DNA of 64,000 bases, taken from contig CAWJSK010000019.1 in assembly GCA_963845535.1 (NCBI GenBank), positions 128,001 through 192,000 of the forward strand. The letters run 5' to 3'. Source of the DNA: an uncultured Spirochaetota bacterium (lineage in GTDB: Bacteria > Spirochaetota > Spirochaetia > SZUA-6 > Fen-1364). Shown here piece by piece: positions 37,839 to 49,874 of the stretch (positions within the stretch are counted from its first letter, which is position 1; each line of letters begins with the position of its first letter). The notes beneath the pieces were generated by a model. It ran no database searches. It was given only the letters and a program-made list of their open reading frames with translations, and was not told the DNA's origin. A program made the position numbers and the translations under genes.

Positions 37839-39758
37839 TCAGCTCGCTCGGGCCAGGTTCAGGAGACCGCCGGCAAGGAGGATGCGGCGGTGCCTGTCCG
37901 AGACGTCGAGCTTTGCCACAATCGTCTTTCCATTCACCTGCACGGGAACATCGGAGGTTCCGCTCTCCAGGAGCTTCCTCACCGCGGTGATGCGCACCGT
38001 GTCACCCTGGCGGATGGAGTCGTAGTCCGCGGGGTTCGCGAACGTCAGGGGGAGGATGCCGAAATTGATGAGGTTCGACTTGTGGATCCTTGCGAAGCTC
38101 TTCACGATCTTCGCCCGGACCCCGAGGTACCTCGGCGCAAGGGCCGCGTGCTCCCGCGAGGAGCCCTGCCCGTAGTTCTCACCCCCCACGACGATTCCGC
38201 TTTTTTTCTCGCGCGCTCTGCGCGCGAAATCCTCATCCGCCTGGATGAAGACGAAGTCGGAGATGGCGGGGATGTTGCTGCGCAACGGGAGGACGCGGTT
38301 GCCCGCCGGCATGATGGTGTCCGTGCTGACGTCATTGCCGACCTTGATGAGGACCTCCCCCTCGATCGTGTCCTCGATTGCCCCGAAGGTCGGGAAAGGC
38401 TTGATGTTCGGGCCGCGAACGATCTGCACGCCGTCAGGCCGGGGAGCAGGCATGAAGAACCAGTTGGGGTTGAAAGCGTAGCGTTTCGGGTACTCGATGT
38501 CCGGATACTTGCCGAGGGTCCGCGGATCCGTGATACGTCCCGTCAAAGCGGATGCCGCCGCGGTCTCCGGCGAGCACAAGTACACGAAATCGTCATCCGT
38601 GCCGCTCCTGCCTTTGTAGTTGCGCGGCATGGTGCGCAGGGAGTTCGTCCCGCTCGCCGGCGCCTGGCCCATGCCGATGCATCCCAGGCACCCTGCCTCG
38701 CACATGCGCGCTCCTGCGTCCACGAGCGCCTTGATTCCTCCCATGGCCATGACGTTCTCGAGGGTCTGCCGGCTTCCCGGGTTGACGCTGAGGTCCACGA
38801 GGGGGTGGCGCTGCTTTCCCTCCAGGGCGCGCGCCACGATCATGAGGTCCCGAAAGCTTCCATTAGTAGAGGAGCCCACGAGCACCTGCTGCACCTCGAC
38901 GCCGGAAAGCTCCGCGGCCGTTTTCACGTTGTCCGGGTTTGACGGGCATGCGACGAGCGGCTCGATCGCCGAAAGGTCGATCTTCGTGACCTCATCGAAC
39001 TGGGGATCATGACCCTGCGTGAGCGGGCGAAAGTCCTTTTCCCGGCCGTTCATTCCGAGGTACCAGCGCGTCACGTCGTCCGAAGGGAAGACGCAGGCGG
39101 TGAAACCCATGTCCACTGCCATGTTCGCAATTGTCCCGCGCGCCGCCATGTCCAGCGCAGCCACCCCGGGGCCGAAGAACTCCATGATCTTTCCCGTCCC
39201 GGCTTTTGCCGAATAGCGCCGGAGAAGCTCGAGGATGACGTCCTTCCCCGACACCCACGGGCGGAGAGCTCCCTCCACGTGGATCCCCCAGACCTTGGGG
39301 GTCATCAGGTAGAAAGGCTTGCCGGCCATGGCCATGGCAACCTCGTTTCCCCCCGCGCCGATGGCGAGCATGCCGAGGCAGCCGCCCGTGGTGGTGTGAC
39401 TGTCGGAGCCCAGCAGGGTCTTGCCCGGCGCGCCGAACCTCTGGCGGTGCACGTGGTGCGAAACGCCGTTGCCCGGCGGAGAGAGGATGACGCCGTACTT
39501 GGAGGCGCAGGAGATGAGGAAACGGTGGTCATCCGCGTTCTTGAAGTCGGTCTGGATGATGTTGTGGTCGATGTAGCTCACGGCGAGCTCGACCGTGACC
39601 CTTGGCAGCCCCATCGACTCGAACTCCAGGTACGCCATGGTGCCCGTTGCGTCCTGCGTAAGGGTCTGATCGATGCGGAGCCCGATCTCCTTTCCCGCGC
39701 CGGGCGCACCTTCAACCAGATGCTCACCGATGAGCACTCCCGTAATCGTGTCTTTCAT
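37839..39758 (-). CDS. acn: Aconitate hydratase (short, about 640-aa type)
   Basis: QDATGT, DSHT, AGCLGCIG, NYGQGSSREHAA, ARIH. Confidence 0.9.
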   Translation of the reverse strand: MKDTITGVLIGEHLVEGAPGAGKEIGLRIDQTLTQDATGTMAYLEFESMGLPRVTVELAVSYIDHNIIQTDFKNADDHRFLISCASKYGVILSPPGNGVSHHVHRQRFGAPGKTLLGSDSHTTTGGCLGMLAIGAGGNEVAMAMAGKPFYLMTPKVWGIHVEGALRPWVSGKDVILELLRRYSAKAGTGKIMEFFGPGVAALDMAARGTIANMAVDMGFTACVFPSDDVTRWYLGMNGREKDFRPLTQGHDPQFDEVTKIDLSAIEPLVACPSNPDNVKTAAELSGVEVQQVLVGSSTNGSFRDLMIVARALEGKQRHPLVDLSVNPGSRQTLENVMAMGGIKALVDAGARMCEAGCLGCIGMGQAPASGTNSLRTMPRNYKGRSGTDDDFVYLCSPETAAASALTGRITDPRTLGKYPDIEYPKRYAFNPNWFFMPAPRPDGVQIVRGPNIKPFPTFGAIEDTIEGEVLIKVGNDVSTDTIMPAGNRVLPLRSNIPAISDFVFIQADEDFARRAREKKSGIVVGGENYGQGSSREHAALAPRYLGVRAKIVKSFARIHKSNLINFGILPLTFANPADYDSIRQGDTVRITAVRKLLESGTSDVPVQVNGKTIVAKLDVSDRHRRILLAGGLLNLARAS

Positions 39759-39858
39759 TCGTCACCCTTTTCCCGAATTGAGCGCTGCTGGCTATAGTAT
39801 ACTAAGAGGAGAACGCGCAAAGAAGCGCGAAATACCGCGAATGCAAGCACGAACTTCG

Positions 39859-39888
39859 TTGACGTCTCCGGGAGCGCGCTAGTATATT
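39859..39888 (+). promoter_or_regulatory. Promoter of the atp operon, likely near-leaderless
   Basis: TTGACG(39859-39864)...TAGTATATT; ATG 39898 has no SD. Confidence 0.45.
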
Positions 39889-39897
39889 CCCACTGGC

Positions 39898-40853
<956 letters not shown>

Positions 40854-40880
40854 TCCTCGAGTAAGAGAGGGAGGGCAACC

Positions 40881-41393
40881 ATGGGAGACACCCTGGGAGC
40901 ATTCGGGATCAACCCGTGGCTCCTCGCGGGCCAGATCATCAACTTCCTCGTGATCGGCTGGGTGCTCTGGCGCTTCCTGCTCAAGCCGCTGCAGGCAAAC
41001 ATGAAGGCTCGCACCGAGAAGATTGCCAAGGGTCTTGAGGACGCACAGAAGGCCAGGGCGGCGCTGGAGGATGCGGCACAGGAGCGCGAGCGCGTGCTTG
41101 CGGAGGCATACGCCCAGTCCTCGCGCGTCCTGGAGCGGGCGCGTGACGAAGCGGAGCGCTTACGGGCCGCCGCGCTGGAACGCGCGGCAGCGGACGCGGA
41201 GCGGATGATCGTTGATGCGCGGGGAGTCATGGCGCTGGAGCGCCAGGAGATGGAAAGGGCCGTGCAAGGTCTCTCCATCCAGCTTTCCGGCAAGATCCTG
41301 GAATCCGTCGTCACCGGCCTGTTCAGCGAGGACGAGAAGACACGGATCGTGGCGGAAGGGATGAAGCGCATCCGCGCGGTGACTGTATCGTGA
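40881..41393 (+). CDS. atpF: F0F1 ATP synthase subunit b
   Basis: QIINFLVIGWVLWRFLLKP TM segment followed by a coiled coil. Confidence 0.9.
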   Translation: MGDTLGAFGINPWLLAGQIINFLVIGWVLWRFLLKPLQANMKARTEKIAKGLEDAQKARAALEDAAQERERVLAEAYAQSSRVLERARDEAERLRAAALERAAADAERMIVDARGVMALERQEMERAVQGLSIQLSGKILESVVTGLFSEDEKTRIVAEGMKRIRAVTVS

Positions 41394-41728
41394 ACAAGCT
41401 CGCCGCGCTCACCTTCACGCCGGAGGGGGAGATCAACGAAGAGGCCGCCTCCTGGGTCCTCTCGAACCTCACCCGGTCGCAGTTGAAGTCCTACCTGGCC
41501 GCGCTGCGCAGGGAAATGCGTCGGCGCCGGGTGTACGTGGCGCTCTCCGGAGGCACGGAGAGCGAGGTGAGCGGCGCCATGAGCGAGCGGTATCCGGGCA
41601 AGGAGCTTGCAGTCTACCGGGATGACGGCCTGGGCGCGGGAGTCAAGATCAGCGCGGGGGACGACATTGTGGACGCGAGCGTCAAAGGCTACCTCAAAGA
41701 GCTTTTGGGAGAGATTTCAAAGGGATGA
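41390..41728 (+). CDS. atpH: F0F1 ATP synthase subunit delta (unusually short, 112 aa)
   Basis: Lies between atpF and atpA; C-terminal DDGLGAGVKISAGDDIVDASVKGYL OSCP-like motif. Confidence 0.75.
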   Translation: MNKLAALTFTPEGEINEEAASWVLSNLTRSQLKSYLAALRREMRRRRVYVALSGGTESEVSGAMSERYPGKELAVYRDDGLGAGVKISAGDDIVDASVKGYLKELLGEISKG

Positions 41729-43242
41729 AAGCTGAAGACCTCGTCAGGCAGTTGGAGGAAAAGCTCCAGGGCGCGGAAGTGCGTCCGGCCGTCGCGAACG
41801 TTGGGCGCGTCGTTTCGGTGGGGGACGGAATCATAAAGGCGGACGGCCTCTCCCGGGCCGGCTACGGTGAGCTGGTCCAACTTTCCGACGGACGCCAGGG
41901 GCTCGTCATGAGCCTGGATGAGGATTTCGCCTCCATCCTTCTCCTTTCCGAAGATTCCCGGGTGTCCGAGGGCGCGGAGTTGAAGACCACGGGGACGCTC
42001 CTTTCCCTCCGCGTTTCCGATGATCTTTTCGGCAGGGTCATCGATCCGTTCGGCAGTCCGCTGGACGGACGACCCCTGTCCGTTACCAACTACACGGCGC
42101 TTCCCCTCGAGCGCATTGCCCCGGGGGTCACGCAGCGCGCCCCGGTTGAAGTCCCGTTGAAGACGGGAATCAAGGTGGTGGATGCGCTCACCCCCATTGG
42201 CCGTGGCCAGCGGCAGCTCATCGTCGGAGACCGCAACACGGGAAAGACTGCGCTCGTGGTCGACACGATCATCAACCAGCGCTCCCGTGACCTGGACCTG
42301 CCCCAGGTGGTCTGCGTGTATTGCGCCATCGGGCAGAAAAGGGGCTCGATTGCCCGCACCATCGCAAAGCTCGCCGAAGAACGGGCAATGGGCTACACCA
42401 TCGTCGTGGCGGCCAGCTCTTCCACTCCGGCGGCAATGCAGTATCTTGCCCCGTTTGCGGCATGCGCAATCGGTGAATACTTCATGGAGAAGGGGATGGA
42501 CGCCCTCGTCGTCTATGACGACCTGTCCAAGCACGCATGGGCGTACCGGCAGCTCTCCCTCCTCCTGCGCCGGCCCGCAGGCAGGGAGGCCTACCCGGGA
42601 GACATCTTCTACCTGCATTCGCGCCTCCTGGAGCGCGCCGCAAAGCTTTCCAAAGCCAGGGGCGGCGGGTCTTTGACGGCGCTGCCCATCATCGAGACGC
42701 AGGCAGGCGACATTTCCGCCTATATCCCGACCAACGTCATTTCCATAACGGACGGCCAGATATACCTGGAAACCGATCTTTTCAACGCGGGTCAAAGGCC
42801 GGCGGTGAACGCCGGCCTTTCGGTTTCCCGTGTTGGCGGAAAGGCGCAGTCGAAATCCTTCCGTCAGGTTTCCGGCCTCATGCGCCTGGAGCTGGCCCAA
42901 TATCAGTCCCTCGCGGCTTTCTCCCAGTTCGGTTCCGACCTGGACGAGGCCACCCAGAAGAGGATCAACCGGGGGAAGCGGATCGTGGAGATCCTCAAGC
43001 AGCCTCAGTTCTCTCCCCTCGGCGACGTCGAGCAGGTCATCAGCATCCACGCGGCGGGCTCGGGCTTGCTGGACGAGGTCCCCCTGGAAAAGATCACCGA
43101 GTTCGAAAGCAGGGTCATGGACCACCTGAACACGACCCATGCCGATCTCTGCCAGAAGATAAAGAGCGGAGCGCGCATGGAAGACTCCACGGTGAAGGAG
43201 CTGAACGAAGCCATCACCGAGTTCGCCAGGACCGTACGGTGA
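41725..43242 (+). CDS. atpA: F0F1 ATP synthase subunit alpha
   Basis: GDRNTGKT, RRPAGREAYPGDIFYLHSRLLER, SVSRVG. Confidence 0.96.
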   Translation: MKAEDLVRQLEEKLQGAEVRPAVANVGRVVSVGDGIIKADGLSRAGYGELVQLSDGRQGLVMSLDEDFASILLLSEDSRVSEGAELKTTGTLLSLRVSDDLFGRVIDPFGSPLDGRPLSVTNYTALPLERIAPGVTQRAPVEVPLKTGIKVVDALTPIGRGQRQLIVGDRNTGKTALVVDTIINQRSRDLDLPQVVCVYCAIGQKRGSIARTIAKLAEERAMGYTIVVAASSSTPAAMQYLAPFAACAIGEYFMEKGMDALVVYDDLSKHAWAYRQLSLLLRRPAGREAYPGDIFYLHSRLLERAAKLSKARGGGSLTALPIIETQAGDISAYIPTNVISITDGQIYLETDLFNAGQRPAVNAGLSVSRVGGKAQSKSFRQVSGLMRLELAQYQSLAAFSQFGSDLDEATQKRINRGKRIVEILKQPQFSPLGDVEQVISIHAAGSGLLDEVPLEKITEFESRVMDHLNTTHADLCQKIKSGARMEDSTVKELNEAITEFARTVR

Positions 43243-43252
43243 GAGGACGCGG

Positions 43253-44136
43253 ATGCCGCAGAACCTCAGGACTCTGAAATCCAGGATACGCACGGCAAAG
43301 AACATCGCCCAGCTCGCCAAGACGCTGGAGATGGTCTCCGTGGCCAAGATCCGCAGGGCCCGCGGTCTCGCGGAAACCGTACGGCCGTACGCGGAAAGGA
43401 TCACCTCCCTTGGTGACACGGCGCTTCGAAGCGTGGCCCCTGGTGAGTATGTGCATCCGTATGTCGGCCCACGGCCAGGCGCGCCAGCCGGGGCTGCCCA
43501 AGGGACCCGCATTCTTCTGGTGGTCGGTCCCGACAAGGGCTTGTGCGGACCGCTCGTGTCGAACCTCATCCGGAAAATGATCGATGTGGACAGCGCCGAC
43601 TCCCAGCTCATCACGGTGGGGAAGCGCATGGGGGCCTCCGCGGCAAGGGTTGCCGGAAGCCGCCTCATCGCTTCTTTCCCCGTGGGCTCGAGGCTTCCGG
43701 AGTATTCGCTCGTCTACGAGCTGGTCCTGGCGATCAACGGGCTCATGCTTTCCGGGAAAGCAACCAGACTGGACGTCCTTTACACGCGGTTCGTCTCCTA
43801 CTTCACGCAGGTGCCGACCCTGGATCACGTGCTCCCGCTTGTCCCGTCGGAAGCCGCCCAAGCGCCTGCTGAGCCGGAGAGCCAGCGGCCCCACACAATC
43901 GAGCCGGACCTTTCCGGGCTGCTCGACGCGCTTCTCCCGCATTACCTCGAGGTGCGCCTTTTCGACGCGGTGATCCAGGCGTATTCCTCCGAGCACGGGG
44001 CGCGGATGGTCGCCATGCAGAATGCAAAGAAGAACGCGCTGGAGATAGCGGATTCCTTCACCCTTTTGTACAACAAGACGCGCCAGGAGAGGATCACGAA
44101 CGAGATCCTCGACCTGGCGAACACAGGAAAGAGCGC

Positions 44137-44140
<4 letters not shown>
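43253..44140 (+). CDS. atpG: F0F1 ATP synthase subunit gamma
   Basis: DKGLCG, SEHGARMVAM, RQERITNEI. Confidence 0.95.
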
Positions 44141-45953
<1,813 letters not shown>

Positions 45954-45959
<6 letters not shown>

Positions 45960-46061
45960 CCACGGATGGCGGAGGGCGAGCGTAGGCCAGGGACGGCCGT
46001 GCGAGCCCCTAGCCACGGATGGCGGAGGGCGAGCGTAGGCCAGGGACGGCCGTGCGAGCCC
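45954..46061 (+). repeat. 53-bp tandem repeat (2 copies) with GGA-loop hairpins, cluster A
   Basis: ccctagccacggatggcggagggcgagcgtaggccagggacggccgtgcgagc at 45954 and 46007. Confidence 0.92.
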
Positions 46062-46141
46062 ACAAGCCTAGAACCATCCTTGACGTTCAAGGCCAGCTGA
46101 CTGATATTGATCTCGGAACGGTGGAGAAAAGAGGGTAGCAC

Positions 46142-46846
46142 ATGAAAACGCAGGGAGTGCAGCAGGATCTTTTCGATCTTTCGTCGCCGCAGACGCAGCA
46201 GGCCATGAGGCACCATCTCCTGGGAGAGCGGGAGGAAGCGGAAAAAGCCTTCGAGAAGCTCCTCAAGGCCGACCCGGACAACTACTTTTTCCATTACCTC
46301 CTTGGGGAGAGCCAGTACTCGCTTGGCCGTCTGAACGACTCGGTGCGTGAGTACCAGAAAGCAATAGAGTTGAAACCCGATTTCGGCGTGGCGTACTACA
46401 AGATGGGGGTCTGCTACCATCGTATGGGCCAGCTTGAAAAGAGCCTGGAAAGCTTCACCGCCATCCTGAAAATGCCGGGCCAGGGGCACGCGATGGCCAG
46501 TTACTTCGTGGGCCTCATCAACCAGTTCCTGGGAAACGACCAGGAAGCGGAGGAAGGATTTCGAGTCCTGCGCGGCGCTTCCCGTGAGTCCCTGATTGCC
46601 AACTACTATCTTGCCCAGCTCAAGATCAAGCATCATCGCTACCAGGAAGCCCTGGATCTCCTTGATGAGCTCCTGGCGGCAACACCGAACCTTGCCGAGG
46701 TGCATTTCCAGAAAGGCGTCGTGCACATGGGGATGCACAACAACATGGAGGCCATCCGCTGCTTCCGCAAGACCCTCGAGCTGAACCCGGATGACGCGCG
46801 CGCCCGCGGCAACCTCGAGCTGCTGACGGAAGTGCCGGAGCCCTAG
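46142..46846 (+). CDS. TPR repeat protein
   Basis: Multiple TPRs (HYLLGESQYSLG, AYYKMGVCY, VHFQKGVVH...NPDDARARGNL). Confidence 0.88.
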   Translation: MKTQGVQQDLFDLSSPQTQQAMRHHLLGEREEAEKAFEKLLKADPDNYFFHYLLGESQYSLGRLNDSVREYQKAIELKPDFGVAYYKMGVCYHRMGQLEKSLESFTAILKMPGQGHAMASYFVGLINQFLGNDQEAEEGFRVLRGASRESLIANYYLAQLKIKHHRYQEALDLLDELLAATPNLAEVHFQKGVVHMGMHNNMEAIRCFRKTLELNPDDARARGNLELLTEVPEP

Positions 46847-46936
46847 CCAGGGATGGCGGAGGTTGGCCGAGGCCAGGACGGCCGAAAGGCCAACCCTAGC
46901 CAGGGATGGCGGAGGTTGGCCGAGGCCAGGGAGGCC
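46841..46936 (+). repeat. 53-bp tandem repeat (about 1.8 copies), same family as cluster A, cluster B
   Basis: ccctagccagggatggcggaggttggccgaggccaggacggccgaaaggccaa at 46841; second copy from 46894, truncated at ggccagggaggcc. Confidence 0.92.
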
Positions 46937-46941
46937 AGATT

Positions 46942-48348
46942 GTGATGCCGAAAGTAAACGAGACGTTCAGCACGGAAACAGACAGCCTTGGGGACGTGAA
47001 GGTGCCTTCCTGGGCTTGCTGGGGAGCGCAGACGCAGCGGGCGGTGGACAACTTCTCCGTCTCGGACCTGCGCATTCCCGTGCCGCTCATCAAGGCCCTG
47101 GGGCTCGTGAAAGAGATGGCTGCGGAGGTCAACCACGGCCTCGGTCTCCTTGACGAACCGATCGCAAAAGCCATCATGCAGGCGGCTCGCGAAATGGCGG
47201 AAGGCAACTGGAACGATCACTTCCCCATCGATGTTTTCCAGACAGGGTCAGGGACCTCGTGGAACATGAATGCGAACGAGGTGATCGCCAACCGGGCCAA
47301 CGAGATTCTCGGGCATCCCCGGGGGGTCAAGAAGCCGGTCCATCCGAATGATCACGTCAACCGCGGGCAATCCTCTAATGACGTCATCCCTACGGTGATC
47401 AGCATGGCGGACAGGGAGGAAGCGGGTGAGGCCGCGCGTGCCCTGGGCTTGCTGCAGGAAAGCCTGGAGAGAAAGTCCAGAGAGTTCACCTCTGTGCTCA
47501 AGATCGGCCGCACGCACCTGCAGGACGCCGTCCCCATGACGCTGGGCCAGGAGCTCTCCGGATACGCGCGTCAGGTGGAGAAAGGCCGCGAGATCCTGGA
47601 GCGTTGCTTTCCCAATCTGGAGGAGCTTGCCATCGGCGGCACGGCAATCGGGACGGGGCTCAACGCGCATCCTGATTTTGCCGCGCGCGTCGTCGTCGGG
47701 ATCGCCGCGAAAACAGGGATCCCGTTCCGCGAGGCAAAGAACAAGTTCGAGGCAATCGGCGCGCGAGATTCCCAGGTGGAGCTGATGGGCGCGCTGACGA
47801 CGATCTCCGTGTCACTGACCAAGATCGCCAACGACCTTCGCCTGCTGGCAAGTGGTCCCCGCACCGGCCTCGCGGAGATCATCCTTCCGGCCCTTCAGCC
47901 GGGAAGCTCCATCATGCCGGGCAAGGTGAATCCGGTCATCCTGGAGATGACCATTCAGGCCGCGGCCCACATCATGGGATCCAGCCTCAGCGTCACGATG
48001 GGAGGGCAGACCGGCCCGCTCGAGCTGAACATGATGCAGCCCATCATCGCCTGGGAGACCTTGAGCTCTCTGTCCCTTCTGAGGCGCACCGCCATCGCGC
48101 TTGCCCAGAGGTGCATTGACGGCATCCAGGCTGACGTGGAGAGAAGCAGGGAGTGGATCGAGCGCAGTCTGGCCCTTGTGACGCCGCTTTCCCTCCGGGT
48201 GGGCTACGACAAGGCTGCCAAGCTCGCGCAGAAGGCGCTGGCGGAAAACAGGACTGTCCGCGAGGTGGTGATTGCCGAAGGGATCCTCACCGCGGAGGAA
48301 GCGGACAAGCTCCTGGACCCCAAGGGAATGCTGGGACCGAAAGCCTGA
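46942..48348 (+). CDS. fumC: Class II fumarate hydratase
   Basis: WGAQTQR, QTGSGTSWNMNANE, GRTHLQDA, GSSIMPGKVNP; start GTG 46942 or ATG 46945. Confidence 0.95.
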   Translation: MMPKVNETFSTETDSLGDVKVPSWACWGAQTQRAVDNFSVSDLRIPVPLIKALGLVKEMAAEVNHGLGLLDEPIAKAIMQAAREMAEGNWNDHFPIDVFQTGSGTSWNMNANEVIANRANEILGHPRGVKKPVHPNDHVNRGQSSNDVIPTVISMADREEAGEAARALGLLQESLERKSREFTSVLKIGRTHLQDAVPMTLGQELSGYARQVEKGREILERCFPNLEELAIGGTAIGTGLNAHPDFAARVVVGIAAKTGIPFREAKNKFEAIGARDSQVELMGALTTISVSLTKIANDLRLLASGPRTGLAEIILPALQPGSSIMPGKVNPVILEMTIQAAAHIMGSSLSVTMGGQTGPLELNMMQPIIAWETLSSLSLLRRTAIALAQRCIDGIQADVERSREWIERSLALVTPLSLRVGYDKAAKLAQKALAENRTVREVVIAEGILTAEEADKLLDPKGMLGPKA

Positions 48349-48416
48349 CGGCCGCTATTCTGCACGGGGTCTTTCCGGTGAGGCAGGGCTGAGGGCGCCC
48401 GGTCACGGCTGGGCCG

Positions 48417-49874
48417 TCACGGCCCCGTGAACAACCCAATCAAGGAAAGCATGGGGCTCGGATACAGGCCGAGGGCTACAACCACCAGCGTCAGGACGGC
48501 GATGGCAACGCCGGCGACCATGGGTGGTTGAGCTACGGCAGTTTCCGGCGCGCCCTCCCTCTTTCGAAACATCGCCGAGACTATCCGCAAGTAGTAGAAA
48601 ACCGATATCGTTCCGTTGACGGCGAGCAGGATGATCAAGGTCCAGAGCTGGCCCCCGGCTCCCGCGCTCAGGATGATGAACTTTCCGACAAAACCAGCCG
48701 TCAAGGGAAGCCCCGCCAGTGACAGGAGGGACGCGGTGAAGACGCCCGCCAGCCACGGGGAGCGGGCGGCGAGACCCGTGTAGTCATCCACCATGTCCGC
48801 TTCCTTCTCCGGAGTGGACAGGGCGGCCACTACGGCGAATGCCGCCAACGTCGTGGCGAAGTACGCCACGAGGTAGAAGGAGACCGCGCGCGCGGCAAGC
48901 GTGCCTCCGGCCACAAAGGCAACCAGGAGGTACCCCAGGTGCGCTATCGAGGAGTACGCGAGGATCCGCTTGACGTTGTTTTCCCGAAGAGCCAGGAAGT
49001 TGCCGACAAACATGGAAAGCGCAGCTATGATCGTGAAAACCCAGGGGAATGCGGCCCCCGAGCCGCCCGGCGCGCTAAATGAGTCCGCGCCAAGAGGGAG
49101 GAATATCCTGACGAGCAGGACGGCAACCGCGCCCTTGGACACGGTGGCAATGTAGCCCGTCACGGGGGCCGGAGCGCCGTCATACACGTCCGGGGTCCAC
49201 AGGTGGAACGGCACCACGGCGAGCTTGAACCCCAGCGCCACGATGATCATCCCCATTCCGACCACGGCGAGGATTCCATCAGCGCTGCTTGCGCCCCCGG
49301 CCGACCCGAGGGCGATTTTTCCAATCTCCATGCTCCCGGAAGCCGCGTAGAGGAGGGCCATCCCGAAGAGAAGGAAGGCGGAGGTGGCCCCGGCCAGGAC
49401 AAGGTACTTGATGCCGGCCTCCGCGCCGGCTCCGCGTTCCCGTTTCCACGCGATCAGCGTGTACAGCGACACGCTGAGCAGCTCCAGCCCCAGGAAGAAA
49501 GTGGCGAAGGCGCTCGCCGCGGCAAGGACCATCGCCCCCAGGGATGCCAGGAGCAGGAGGAAGTAATACTCTCCGCGGGCTTCCTCATGCCCGCGGAGAT
49601 ACGCCCAGGAGCTCGCGGTTACGAACACGCTGGCGGCAAGGACGAGCCCCATGCCGAAGATCACGAACCTGTCGAAGGTGAGGAGGCCGCCAACGTCGCG
49701 CGGCGCCCAGGTCCATGACAGCCCGAGGGCCGCCAGGGCAACAACGAAGCCTCCCAGGGTCAGGCCGGCGGCAAGACCGTGACGCCGGACAAACGCCGCG
49801 GCGAGCAGCACCAGGATCGAAACAAATCCGATGACCAGCATGGGAAGAAGAACGAGGACGTCCTGAAGGCTCAT
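48417..49874 (-). CDS. nuoN: NADH-quinone oxidoreductase subunit N
   Basis: EAGIKYL, FKLAVVPFHLWTPDVYDGAP, KRILAYSSIAH. Confidence 0.94.
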   Translation of the reverse strand: MSLQDVLVLLPMLVIGFVSILVLLAAAFVRRHGLAAGLTLGGFVVALAALGLSWTWAPRDVGGLLTFDRFVIFGMGLVLAASVFVTASSWAYLRGHEEARGEYYFLLLLASLGAMVLAAASAFATFFLGLELLSVSLYTLIAWKRERGAGAEAGIKYLVLAGATSAFLLFGMALLYAASGSMEIGKIALGSAGGASSADGILAVVGMGMIIVALGFKLAVVPFHLWTPDVYDGAPAPVTGYIATVSKGAVAVLLVRIFLPLGADSFSAPGGSGAAFPWVFTIIAALSMFVGNFLALRENNVKRILAYSSIAHLGYLLVAFVAGGTLAARAVSFYLVAYFATTLAAFAVVAALSTPEKEADMVDDYTGLAARSPWLAGVFTASLLSLAGLPLTAGFVGKFIILSAGAGGQLWTLIILLAVNGTISVFYYLRIVSAMFRKREGAPETAVAQPPMVAGVAIAVLTLVVVALGLYPSPMLSLIGLFTGP

